Assembly: GCA_022826725.1 (NCBI GenBank)
Contig: JAJDUF010000021.1
Location: 41,853 to 105,852 of the forward strand
From: Chloroflexota bacterium
GTDB taxonomy: Bacteria > Chloroflexota > UBA11872 > UBA12225 > JAJDUF01
Reading direction: 5' to 3'
DNA length: 64,000 nt
In this document: positions 48,742 to 57,931 of the stretch, piece by piece
How positions within the stretch are numbered: position 1 is the stretch's first letter
How the letters are laid out: every line of letters begins with the position of its first letter
Made by a program: the position numbers and the translations under genes
Notes under the pieces: generated by a model
What the model was told of the DNA's origin: nothing
What the model saw: only the letters and a program-made list of their open reading frames with translations
Databases searched by the model: none

Positions 48742-50073
48742 CTAGGCGTACCGGAGCTGCGGCCGGGCGGCCAAGAGGGCGAGTGTGCAGACGATGGTGA
48801 GGCCGCCGCCAAGGGCTACCGCGACCGGCGCACCCCAGGCGGCAGCGATGATCCCAGCCGGGACCGTCCCCAGCGGCATCAAACCCATCAGGAGCAGGTA
48901 GATGCCGCTCACGCGGCCGCGCAGATTGTCGGGCGCAAGCTCTTGGATGACCGAGCCGTTGAGCGTGGTGAACACCGCTCCGGCGGCCCCGACGGCAGCC
49001 AGCGCCAGCAGTCCCACCGGCAGCCACGGCGCCACACTGAGCACAATTAAGAAGACCCCGTTCGTTATCGCGACCAGCACGGTGGCGAACTGCTTGCGCC
49101 GAATGCCGCGCCGCGAGGCCAGCAGCACGGCCCCAGTCAAGGCGCCGGTACCCATGCCGGCGTACAGCAGCCCCAATCCGCCCGGACCGATGGCGTAGAC
49201 ATCGCGGGCGAAGGCCGGCAGCAGGGTCATGTAGGGCATCGCCAGCACCATCGGGGCAACGGCCAGTAGGAGCTGGAAGAGCAGAGGCTTGGTGCGGAAG
49301 CAGAACTCCAGTCCTTCCCGCAGGTTGGCGAAGACGCCGGCGCTGGCCCGGCCGATGCGCCGGGGGCCGGGTGTCCGCATCTGCAAGACGTTGCCGATGG
49401 CCCAGAGATAGGCCAGGCTTTGGAAGGCGAGGCACCAGGCCACCCCGGCCACGCCCATGATGACCCCGGCCACGCTCGGCCCGATAACGCGACTCAAGCT
49501 CTGTGTGGATGAGAATAGGGCCAGCGCGTTGGTCAGCTTCTCCCGCCCCACGACCTGCGGAATAAGCGCCTGCCGTGCTGGGAGCTGGACCGCAATAGCG
49601 ATGCCATGGAAAGTGCTGGCGATCAGGATATGGGTGATGGTAATGCGTTCACTGAAGATCAGGAACGTGATGAGGGCGGTAACGACAAAGAGGACCGTTT
49701 GCGAGGTGAGGATGATGAGCCGCCGGTTGACGCGGTCGGCCAGCACGCCGGCAACGGGCGCGAGCACGAGCGAGGGGGCCGTCCGACAGAACCCGGCCAC
49801 ACCGAGGAAGAAGGGTGAGCCGGTGAGGTCCAGGATCAGCCAGCCGATGGCGACCTGCTGCATCCAGAAGCCCATCGAGGTGATGCTGTTGCCCTGCCAC
49901 AGGAGCCGGTAGTCGCGCACGCGCAGGGCGTCGAACGTAGAGCCGCCCCACCGTGCCAGGCTACGCCGCAGCCGGCGCAGGCCGCGCGCGCGTCCCTCGG
50001 CGGACGGCTGGGACCACGGGGATAGCGGTGCCGGTTCTTCGGCGGCGGCCGCCGGCGGTAGATCGGTCTTCAT
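48742..50073 (-). CDS. MFS transporter (EntS/MFS_3-like)
   Basis: Twelve hydrophobic segments and the loop GVLADRVNRRL, an MFS motif A-like segment. Confidence 0.85.
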   Translation of the reverse strand: MKTDLPPAAAAEEPAPLSPWSQPSAEGRARGLRRLRRSLARWGGSTFDALRVRDYRLLWQGNSITSMGFWMQQVAIGWLILDLTGSPFFLGVAGFCRTAPSLVLAPVAGVLADRVNRRLIILTSQTVLFVVTALITFLIFSERITITHILIASTFHGIAIAVQLPARQALIPQVVGREKLTNALALFSSTQSLSRVIGPSVAGVIMGVAGVAWCLAFQSLAYLWAIGNVLQMRTPGPRRIGRASAGVFANLREGLEFCFRTKPLLFQLLLAVAPMVLAMPYMTLLPAFARDVYAIGPGGLGLLYAGMGTGALTGAVLLASRRGIRRKQFATVLVAITNGVFLIVLSVAPWLPVGLLALAAVGAAGAVFTTLNGSVIQELAPDNLRGRVSGIYLLLMGLMPLGTVPAGIIAAAWGAPVAVALGGGLTIVCTLALLAARPQLRYA

Positions 50074-50199
50074 ACGTCACGACTGGGCGGCGAGCGTGAC
50101 CCGCGCCGTCTGCGCGGTCGCAGGTCCCCGGAGCGGAGGCAAACGGGAGCGCGGGGAGGCCGCGCTCCGTAGATTATAGTGGCCGACAGCCGGCACTTA

Positions 50200-50234
50200 C
50201 CCTCTCCCCGTGGGAGAGAGTCGAGGTGAGGGCC
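50200..50234. repeat. dispersed hairpin repeat copy
   Basis: ccctctccccgtgggagagagtcgaggtgagggcc. Confidence 0.7.
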
Positions 50235-50249
50235 GAGAAGTGTCGCCGC

Positions 50250-51101
50250 CTAGCCGTCGCGCAGCCGCGGCAGGCCGGCTTCCTGCCACGCGGCGTTGAG
50301 CACCGCATACGACTGCCGGGCGGCAGCGAACGGATCGTAGTCTGGCCGGGCCTGGACCTGCTTGCTGATTTCTACCGTAATCGAGCCGGTGTAGCCGGCC
50401 GCATCCATCGCCTGGAGGTACCGCGTGTAGTCCATCTCGCCCTCGCCGGGAATCAAGAACTCGTAGTCGGGCAGCACACCGCGCTCGTCCTTGACGTGGG
50501 TGTGAACACTCACCGGAGCCATGGGCGGGACGGTTTCCTCGATACTCATGCCCTGGACGTTGAAGTGGCTGATATCGAAGTTCACCTTCAGCCACGGCGA
50601 GTTAATCCGGTCGAGGAGCCAGAGCGTCTTTTCCGGTGAGTTCAGACCCTGGCCGACATGCGGCTCCAGCGCGATCACCACGCCCCGCGACTCGCCGTAG
50701 CGTGTCAACTCGCCGATCCGCTCGACGGCCAGCTCCTTGTCGGTCTCCCAGTGCTCCGGATCGCCGCCGGTGGCGGTATTCAGCGCTGGGGGACCGTCGG
50801 CTCCGGCCAAGTCCACGGCGAGGTCTACCTCCGCTTGCAGGCGGGCGAGGTTCTGCTGGTACTCGTCTTCAGGTGTGAGTATAGGGACGTGTCCGGCCAA
50901 TGCCGGGAGATCAATCTGATAATCGTCGTAGAGCTGGCGGATGGCGCGTCGGGCCGGCGCATCGAGCGTGGACAGCTCCGTTACCCAACCCGGGATGACG
51001 GTCAGCTCGACCGCCTCGAATCCTAGCTTGGCGAGGTAGGGAATCGCCACGTCGGCCGGCAGGGTCGGCATACCCCAGGTGCTATATCCGAGTTGCATCA
51101 T
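50250..51101 (-). CDS. xylose-isomerase-like TIM-barrel protein (sugar phosphate isomerase/epimerase)
   Basis: MMQLGYSTWGM...GFEAVEL...ALEPH...HVKD are present. The ATG at 51101 follows AAGGAG. Confidence 0.85.
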   Translation of the reverse strand: MMQLGYSTWGMPTLPADVAIPYLAKLGFEAVELTVIPGWVTELSTLDAPARRAIRQLYDDYQIDLPALAGHVPILTPEDEYQQNLARLQAEVDLAVDLAGADGPPALNTATGGDPEHWETDKELAVERIGELTRYGESRGVVIALEPHVGQGLNSPEKTLWLLDRINSPWLKVNFDISHFNVQGMSIEETVPPMAPVSVHTHVKDERGVLPDYEFLIPGEGEMDYTRYLQAMDAAGYTGSITVEISKQVQARPDYDPFAAARQSYAVLNAAWQEAGLPRLRDG

Positions 51102-51231
51102 GGTGAGGCACTCCTTTCGTGTGGCGCCAGCGTTAGCACGACCGAGATCATAGCAGGACCCGGTGCCGGGCAGCCGTGCTGCCTGCCGGGAGCCGGTCGT
51201 TGATGGCAGTTCGATATGGTATAAGTAGGAC

Positions 51232-52005
51232 ATGACGACAGCATCCCCTCGACTCGACCCGGAATCCCTGGTAGCTCGCATCATCGCCGAGCTTCAGGCG
51301 ACCCCTGGCGCGCAAACACTGTTGCTGCGCGCCATGCTCACCAATGAGTTTCGGGGTATGCCGCTCCGTCTGGAGCGCATCGAGGCCGATATCGCCGAGC
51401 TTAAGGCTGATGTGCGCGAACTCAAGACCGATGTCCGTGAACTCAAGGGGGATGTCCGTGAACTCAAGGGGGATGTGCGCGAACTCAAGGGGGATGTCTC
51501 CGGGCTGAAGACCGATGTCTCGGAGTTGAAGGCCAGAGTGGGTCGCTTAGAAGGCGATGTTGCAGTCCTCAAGGGAGACAGCCTGGAGGCGAAGCTCCAC
51601 CGGCGGATTCGCCCACTTCTCAGCCAGAGGCTGAGCCTACGCCGGCCGCAGGTGCTGCACAGCCCGGTATCGGACACCGAATCCGAGCTTTACGAGCCGG
51701 TTGAAGCAGCCCTGGATAATGGGATCATCACCGCCGCGCAGGACACCCGCATCAGCGCGACGGACATCATTCTTCGCGCCCAACGCAAGGCGGCGGACCG
51801 CTCGCCGGTCTGGGTGGCCGTCGAAGTCTCCAACGACATCAGCCAACGCGACATCGAGCGGGCACGGCAGTCCGCCGAGGCACTGAGCCGCGTATTCTGC
51901 CAGGACAACATGGCGGTCGTTGCCGGCTATCGCATCCATCCCCAAGACCAAGAGCGGGCTGCCAAGGCCGACGTGCATACCCTCCTCATCGCAGAAGACG
52001 GTTAG
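51232..52005 (+). CDS. coiled-coil protein with nine DV(R/S)ELKG heptads and a C-terminal domain with a possible PD-(D/E)xK-like signature
   Basis: The heptads read DIAELKA DVRELKT DVRELKG DVRELKG DVRELKG DVSGLKT DVSELKA RVGRLEG DVAVLKG. The C-terminal part ISATDIILRA...VWVAVEVSNDIS fits D...E-x-S/K spacing loosely. I remember similar hypothetical proteins from thermophiles but cannot verify that here. Confidence 0.55.
   Translation: MTTASPRLDPESLVARIIAELQATPGAQTLLLRAMLTNEFRGMPLRLERIEADIAELKADVRELKTDVRELKGDVRELKGDVRELKGDVSGLKTDVSELKARVGRLEGDVAVLKGDSLEAKLHRRIRPLLSQRLSLRRPQVLHSPVSDTESELYEPVEAALDNGIITAAQDTRISATDIILRAQRKAADRSPVWVAVEVSNDISQRDIERARQSAEALSRVFCQDNMAVVAGYRIHPQDQERAAKADVHTLLIAEDG
51388..51576 (+). 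repeat. in-frame 21-bp tandem repeat, 9 units of which units 2-5 are near-identical
   Basis: The units gatgtgcgcgaactcaagacc, gatgtccgtgaactcaagggg (twice) and gatgtgcgcgaactcaagggg lie at 51409-51492. They are flanked by more diverged units. Confidence 0.9.
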
Positions 52006-52342
52006 GCGTCCCCGGCACACGAGCCGGACGCAGGCAACATAACTGGGCCGCCCCCTCCCCACGCTGGCGCGGATGTGACCGGCCCACGGCCACAGCGCCT
52101 AGAAAGCCGGGAGCGACCCACCGGGCAAGCCACAGGTGGTGATTATCATGCTAATGATGACGAGCAGGCCGATGCCGGCCAGAATGGCGGTGGACCACCG
52201 CCGCCGACTACGGTCGGCGCTGCTCCTATTGGGCAAGGTGTTGGCGGCACGGGCGGCTCGTGCTCGTCGCCGGCTGGCAGCGGAGCGCCTGCTTCGGGGC
52301 ATGATGGTACTCCAACTCTCCGACGCGCGCGGCGGACGTGTG

Positions 52343-53077
52343 TTACTGGCGCGTTAGCGTCCGCAGCTTGCGGCGCATGCGTAACAAGCCTCTAATATCG
52401 GCGATGGCGGTCGGAATGATTCTGACGCGCGAGTCCAAGTCCTCCACCCACTCGACGGGCACTTCGGCGATGCGGTACCCCAGATGCTCGGCGAGGAGCA
52501 GGAGTTCGGTGTCGAAGAACCAGCTGGTGTCCTCGATCAGCGGCAGGAGCTTCTCCGCGGCCTGGCGCGTGAGGGCCTTGAAGCCGCACTGCGCGTCGGA
52601 GAAATGATGCCAGAACAGCGCCTTAATCAGCAGATTGTAGCCCTGCGACAAGACCTCGCGCCGGAAGGAGCGGCGGATGCGTGAGGCCGGCACCAGCCGA
52701 GAGCCGGTCGCTACGTCGCAGCCGTACCGTAGGGTATCGAGCAGGGGACGAAAGGCCAGCAGATTCGTCGAGAGGTCCACGTCCATATAGGCCACGAGGT
52801 CGGAATCCGTAGCCAGCCAAGCGTGCTTGAGTGCTCTCCCCCGGCCGCGTTGGGCCAGGTAGAGGTAGGCCACGTCGGCATATTCTTGCGCCAGGGTCTG
52901 GGCTTCCGCTGCCGTCGCGTCGGTGGAGCCATTGTCGGCAATGATGACGTGGCACTCGTAACCAGCGGCCGCGGCGACGTGCTCGTTCAGAAAGGCGCGG
53001 AGGATGAGTACCTGCCGCCGCAGCGTCGCGGCCTCGTTGAGCACCGGGATGACGACGGAGACGGTCAGCAGGTCCAC
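52343..53077 (-). CDS. family 2 glycosyltransferase (dolichyl/polyprenyl-phosphate beta-glucosyltransferase-like)
   Basis: VSVVIPVLNEA...IIADNGSTDAT...MDVDLSTN are present. Confidence 0.85.
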   Translation of the reverse strand: MDLLTVSVVIPVLNEAATLRRQVLILRAFLNEHVAAAAGYECHVIIADNGSTDATAAEAQTLAQEYADVAYLYLAQRGRGRALKHAWLATDSDLVAYMDVDLSTNLLAFRPLLDTLRYGCDVATGSRLVPASRIRRSFRREVLSQGYNLLIKALFWHHFSDAQCGFKALTRQAAEKLLPLIEDTSWFFDTELLLLAEHLGYRIAEVPVEWVEDLDSRVRIIPTAIADIRGLLRMRRKLRTLTRQ

Positions 53078-53209
53078 TGGCTAGTCCGTATACGCGCCTG
53101 TTGCTACGCGATGCTGTGCGCCGGGATGGCTCCCGCTATCCGGCACGATCTCCGCGATTATAACAGCGGCCTCCTCCCGCTAAGGGCCGGCATGACGTGG
53201 GAGGCTGCT

Positions 53210-55078
53210 CTAGCCGATGGCGGCGATGCGGACCGGCTCTTCGACGTAGTCTGGCTCGTCGTCGCTGGTGCTGAAGCCGGTGGTGTAGAGCCGGAAGTAG
53301 TAGCCCTCCGTGTCCAGTAGCTCGGTGTGGGTACCCTGCTCCACGAGCCGGCCGCGATCCAGTACCAAAATCCGCGTGGCGTTCTTGATCGTCGAGAGGC
53401 GGTGGGCGATGATGAGTGCCGTGCGATCTTGCATCAGCCGGTCCAAGCCCCGCTGAATGAGCAGCTCCGTCTCGGTGTCCACCGACGAGGTCGCCTCGTC
53501 GAGAATGATGATCCGCGGGTCAATGAGCAAGGCCCGCGCCAGTGAGATGAGCTGTCGTTGCCCCCCGGACAGGTTGTCGCCTCGCTCTTCGACAATCGAG
53601 TCGTAGCCATCCGGTAGCCCGGCGACGAACGGATGCAGGCCGACGAGTTCGCTCGCGCGGACGATGTCCTCGTCGGTCGCCTCCGGCCAACCGTAGGCGA
53701 TGTTCTCGCGGACCGTGCCGGCAAACAGGAACGGCTCCTGGAGCACCAGACCGATCCGCCGGCGTAAGCTCTCCTGGGTCACCGCACGCACGTCGTGCCC
53801 ATCAATCCGCACCGCGCCGCCGTCCACGTCGTAGAAGCGCATGAGCAGCCGAATAATCGTGCTCTTGCCGGCCCCGGTGCGCCCCACGAAAGCGAAGCGG
53901 TCGCCGGGATTCACCGTGAACGACAAATCATGGAAGACGGGTACTTGGGGGTGGTAGCCGAATCGCACGTGGTCGAACTCGATGCGTCCCTTCACCGCCG
54001 GCAGGGCCTGGGCATCGGGACGATCTGCGACCTCGATCTTGGTCTCCAAGAGGCCGAAAATGCGCTCGCCCGCGGCCATAGCTGCTTGCAGCACGTCGAA
54101 CCGCGTCGTGAGGTCCCGGATCGGCTCGAAGAACCGGGTGATGAACAGCATGAAGGCCGTCAGCACGCCGATGGTCAGCTCGGACGCGGCATCGCCAAGA
54201 AGCCACTGCCCACCCACCCAGAGCACCAGCACCGTGGCGGCGGCATCCAGCAGGTCCGTCACCGGGAAAATGCCCGCGTGTGGGCCGATGGTCGCGTAAG
54301 TAGCCTGGAGATTGTAGTCGTTCACAATGTCGAAGTGGGCCGCATTGCGCTCCTCGCGGCGAAACGCCTGCACAATCCGCATCCCCACGATGTTCTCGGC
54401 GAGGTTGGAGTTCATGTCGGCCACGGCCAGCCGCAGCCGCCGGTAGGCGTTCCGGCCGTACCGGGCAAACAGGCGGGCAATCACGTACATGATCGGCAGG
54501 ACCGTGAACGTCACGAGGGTGAGCCGCCAGCTCATACTCGTCATAATCGCAATCGTGCCAACGAGCAGAACGAAATCGGCGATGGTGCTCGTCAACCCTT
54601 GCGTCAGCACTTCGTTCAGCGCGTTGACGTCGGACGTTTGCCGCGAGATGACCTCACCGACCGCGGTCCGGTCGTAGTAGCGCAGCGAGAGTGACTGCAA
54701 GTGCGCGAACAGTCGGCGGCGAATATCGAGCAGCACCCGCTGTCCGATCCACGAGAGCAAGTACGTTTGGGCGTAGGAGGCGGCCCAGAAGACGATCAGC
54801 GAGACGACAAAGGCGAGGGCCGTTGCATTCAGAGTGCCCAAGCTGCCGGGCCGCTCGTCGGTCCCGATCCCGTGGTCAATGGCCACCTGGATCAGCCACG
54901 GCTGCGCCATCATCATGCCCGAGACGACCATGACGAGCAGAAACGCGAGCACCATCCGGCGCCGGTACGGGTAGAGCAGTCCGCCGAAGCGACTCAGCAC
55001 GTCGCGGTCGGTCAGGCGGCGCGCGTTCGGATCGTAGTCCGGCAGGTCGGCATAGAAGTTCATCCAGCGGCCGCCCAT
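53210..55078 (-). CDS. ABC exporter, fused permease/ATPase (type I exporter, MsbA/MDR-like), subunit 2
   Basis: Six TM helices are followed by Walker A (GRTGAGKST), the signature (LSGGQRQ) and Walker B (IIILDEATS). The ATG at 55078 follows AAGGAGGA. Confidence 0.9.
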   Translation of the reverse strand: MGGRWMNFYADLPDYDPNARRLTDRDVLSRFGGLLYPYRRRMVLAFLLVMVVSGMMMAQPWLIQVAIDHGIGTDERPGSLGTLNATALAFVVSLIVFWAASYAQTYLLSWIGQRVLLDIRRRLFAHLQSLSLRYYDRTAVGEVISRQTSDVNALNEVLTQGLTSTIADFVLLVGTIAIMTSMSWRLTLVTFTVLPIMYVIARLFARYGRNAYRRLRLAVADMNSNLAENIVGMRIVQAFRREERNAAHFDIVNDYNLQATYATIGPHAGIFPVTDLLDAAATVLVLWVGGQWLLGDAASELTIGVLTAFMLFITRFFEPIRDLTTRFDVLQAAMAAGERIFGLLETKIEVADRPDAQALPAVKGRIEFDHVRFGYHPQVPVFHDLSFTVNPGDRFAFVGRTGAGKSTIIRLLMRFYDVDGGAVRIDGHDVRAVTQESLRRRIGLVLQEPFLFAGTVRENIAYGWPEATDEDIVRASELVGLHPFVAGLPDGYDSIVEERGDNLSGGQRQLISLARALLIDPRIIILDEATSSVDTETELLIQRGLDRLMQDRTALIIAHRLSTIKNATRILVLDRGRLVEQGTHTELLDTEGYYFRLYTTGFSTSDDEPDYVEEPVRIAAIG

Positions 55079-55080
55079 GA

Positions 55081-57015
55081 CTAGCCGTCCTCCTTCCGCA
55101 CGCCGTCGCCACGGGCCGAGTTTCCGTGCGCGGCTTCGTCAGGGGGCGCTCCGTTAGTTGTTTCCGACTGCTGGCGAGCGGCCAGGTATTCCTCCTGGTC
55201 CCGCATCTGCACCTCGTAGATGCGCTGGTAGGGGCCGTCTTGTCGGATAAGCTCCTCGTGGGTGCCGCGCTGGACGATCTTCCCGCGCTCCATGACCAGC
55301 ACCTGATCGGCACGTTTGACGGTCGAGAGCCGATGGGCGATGACGAACGTGGTCTTGCGGTTCATCACGTCTTGGAGCGCCCGCTCGATGCGGAATTCCG
55401 TCTCCATGTCCACGCTGGACGTTGCATCGTCCAGGATCAGGATGCGCGGCTCGACGAGGATAGCGCGGGCCAACGACACCCGCTGACGCTGCCCACCGGA
55501 CAGCATCGCCCCGCGGTCGCCGACCTGGGTCTCGTAGCCGTCGGAGAGCCGCGAGGCAAAGTGATGGGCCTCGGCGCGCGTGGCCGCGCCCTCTACGTCC
55601 GGCAGCTCGGAGTCCGGGCGGCCGTAGGCAATGTTGCTCCGCACGCTTTCCGAGAAGAGGAATGGGTCCTGGGGTGCGACGGTCATGTGCCGGCGCAGGC
55701 TCCTGATCGTGAGGTCCCGCACGTCCTGTCCGTCAATGAGCACCCGCCCGCGCGTGGCGTCGTAGAACCGGGGGATGAGGCCGGTCAGGGCGCTCTTCCC
55801 GGCGCCCGTCTCGCCGACCAAGGCGATCACTTCCCCGGGCTTGGCGACGAGGTTGATGTCTTGCAGCACCGGCACCCCCGGCTCGAACTCGAACCACACG
55901 TGCTCCAGGCGCACCTCACCCTCGATCTCTTCCAACTCGCGGGCGCCCTCCCGGTCCTTGACCTCCGGGATCGTATCGAGCACCTCGAAGATGCGTCGGG
56001 AGGAGGCCCCGGCGCTGGCGACCATGTTGATGATCCAGCCAAACCGGCGGCTCGGCCCCACCAAGCGGTTGAGGTAAATCTGGAACCCGATCAGGAGACC
56101 AATCGTCACCGTCCCGTCGAGGACGAGCCGGCCGCCCCACCAGATGACGAGGATGGCCCCTAGCCCGGCAATGGACGTGAGCAGCGGCTGGCGCAGCGCC
56201 ATCGCCCGCGCCAGCCGGATGGAGCGCCCGAACAACTCTTCGATGCATTGCCGGAACTTGGCGATCTCGCGTGGCTCTTGCGCGAACGCCTTCACGACGC
56301 GCACGCCGGTCGCGTTCTCGGCCATGATGCCGGTGACGGTGCCGTATTGCTGCTGCACCCGGCCATAGAGCGGACCGGCGACGTTCCCGAAGCTGAGGCC
56401 GGCCCAGATCATCAGCGGTAAGGTCACGATTGCCAGCAGCGTCAGCTGCCAGCTCAAGAAGACTATCACGCCTAGCGTAATCAGATAGGTCCCCGCCGCG
56501 ACGACAAAGCCCGTGGTGCCGTGCCCCATGAACCGCTGCACCGCGTCAACGTCGGAGGTCGCGCGGGCGATCAGCTGCCCGGTGTCGGCGCGATCCAAGT
56601 AGGCGAACGACATCCGTTGTAGGGCCGTGTAGACCTCCTTGCGGATGTCGCGGGCGGCGCGCGCCTCATAGACGTGGAATAGCGAATAGTAGCCGTAGCC
56701 GATGATTGCTTTGGCCAGGAATAACCCCGTTGCGATCAGTAGCGCCGTGGTGAGCACCTCCGGGCGGCCCGCGGTGATGCCGTCGTCAATCGCCGACTTG
56801 ATTTGCAGGGGAATGAGCATGTCCATTGCGATGGAGAACAGCCAGCAGGCATAGCTGACAGCGACCAGGTGCCAGTAGGGGCGGAGATACCCCAGCACGC
56901 GGAGGATGTCCCGCCACGAGCCACCCTCGCCGGAGCCAAGCGTCAGCGAGCGGGGCACCCGCGTCCCCGCTCCGCCAGTGCTGGCACCCGCGGTCCCGGA
57001 GCCGAGGCCGATCAT
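55081..57015 (-). CDS. ABC exporter, fused permease/ATPase, subunit 1
   Basis: Walker A is GETGAGKSA, the signature is LSGGQRQ and Walker B is ILILDDATS. It sits in tandem with 53210..55078, which implies a heterodimer. Confidence 0.9.
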   Translation of the reverse strand: MIGLGSGTAGASTGGAGTRVPRSLTLGSGEGGSWRDILRVLGYLRPYWHLVAVSYACWLFSIAMDMLIPLQIKSAIDDGITAGRPEVLTTALLIATGLFLAKAIIGYGYYSLFHVYEARAARDIRKEVYTALQRMSFAYLDRADTGQLIARATSDVDAVQRFMGHGTTGFVVAAGTYLITLGVIVFLSWQLTLLAIVTLPLMIWAGLSFGNVAGPLYGRVQQQYGTVTGIMAENATGVRVVKAFAQEPREIAKFRQCIEELFGRSIRLARAMALRQPLLTSIAGLGAILVIWWGGRLVLDGTVTIGLLIGFQIYLNRLVGPSRRFGWIINMVASAGASSRRIFEVLDTIPEVKDREGARELEEIEGEVRLEHVWFEFEPGVPVLQDINLVAKPGEVIALVGETGAGKSALTGLIPRFYDATRGRVLIDGQDVRDLTIRSLRRHMTVAPQDPFLFSESVRSNIAYGRPDSELPDVEGAATRAEAHHFASRLSDGYETQVGDRGAMLSGGQRQRVSLARAILVEPRILILDDATSSVDMETEFRIERALQDVMNRKTTFVIAHRLSTVKRADQVLVMERGKIVQRGTHEELIRQDGPYQRIYEVQMRDQEEYLAARQQSETTNGAPPDEAAHGNSARGDGVRKEDG

Positions 57016-57247
57016 GCGTTCGTTACCGTCATCCCGGCTGGCCGGTTGCCACGACAGGGGCAGCGGCGCCTGTCCGCTTGGTCGGCCGCAAGACGATGGA
57101 GGTGAAGATTCATGGCAGTACTAGCGGTGAGCACTGGCGAGGGTACCACGCTTGCAACTTAACAGTCACGTTATCGTTGTGTACGCTCAGAGTCCAAGCA
57201 GTTGATTCGCGGCGCGAGATCGGCCGCCGGAGGCGCAGGAAGCACCG

Positions 57248-57931
57248 ATGCCGGATAGTTCCCCCGAAGCTGACCGCTGGCTGCCGTCCGCCTCGGCGCA
57301 GGCCGGGCTGACCGCGCTGCGCCACCATGTCGCCGGCCACCGGCGCGGCCGCATCTTTATCCTCTCCGCGCCATCGGGTGCCGGCAAGGACAGTGTGATC
57401 GAGCGGCTGAAGCAGGACGAGGTGGCTATCAGCTATACCCTGCACACGACCACGCGGCAGCCACGGCCTGATGAGGTAGACGGCGAGCATTATCGCTTCA
57501 TCACACTGGAGCAGTTCCGTGCCGATCGCGACCGGGGCGGCTTCTTGGAGTGGGCAACGTACCTCGACAGCTACTACGGCACGCCGCGGGCGCCGGTGGA
57601 GCAGGCGCTGGCGCGTGGGGAGGCGGTGCTGGCCAAGCCCGACGTGCAAGGGGCGATGCAGATTCGTGCCCAGTTTCCTGATGCCGTCCTGATCTTCTTG
57701 GCGCCGCCCGATACCGGTGAGCTAGTCGCCCGGCTGTCCGGCCGGGGCACGGAGAGCCAGGCGGAGCGACAGCGCCGTGTCGAACGATCCCTGGCGGAGA
57801 TTGCCCATATCCCGCAATACGACTATCTGGTCATCAACCACCACGGACGGCTCGATGACACCGTGGCCAAGGTCAAAGCCATTATCGTCGCCGAGCAACA
57901 GCGCGTGTACGCCGCGCCACGCCGTCCGTGA
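57248..57931 (+). CDS. gmk: guanylate kinase with a ~35-aa N-terminal extension
   Basis: IFILSAPSGAGKDS, TTRQPRPDEVDGEHYRF and YYGTP are present. Confidence 0.9.
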   Translation: MPDSSPEADRWLPSASAQAGLTALRHHVAGHRRGRIFILSAPSGAGKDSVIERLKQDEVAISYTLHTTTRQPRPDEVDGEHYRFITLEQFRADRDRGGFLEWATYLDSYYGTPRAPVEQALARGEAVLAKPDVQGAMQIRAQFPDAVLIFLAPPDTGELVARLSGRGTESQAERQRRVERSLAEIAHIPQYDYLVINHHGRLDDTVAKVKAIIVAEQQRVYAAPRRP

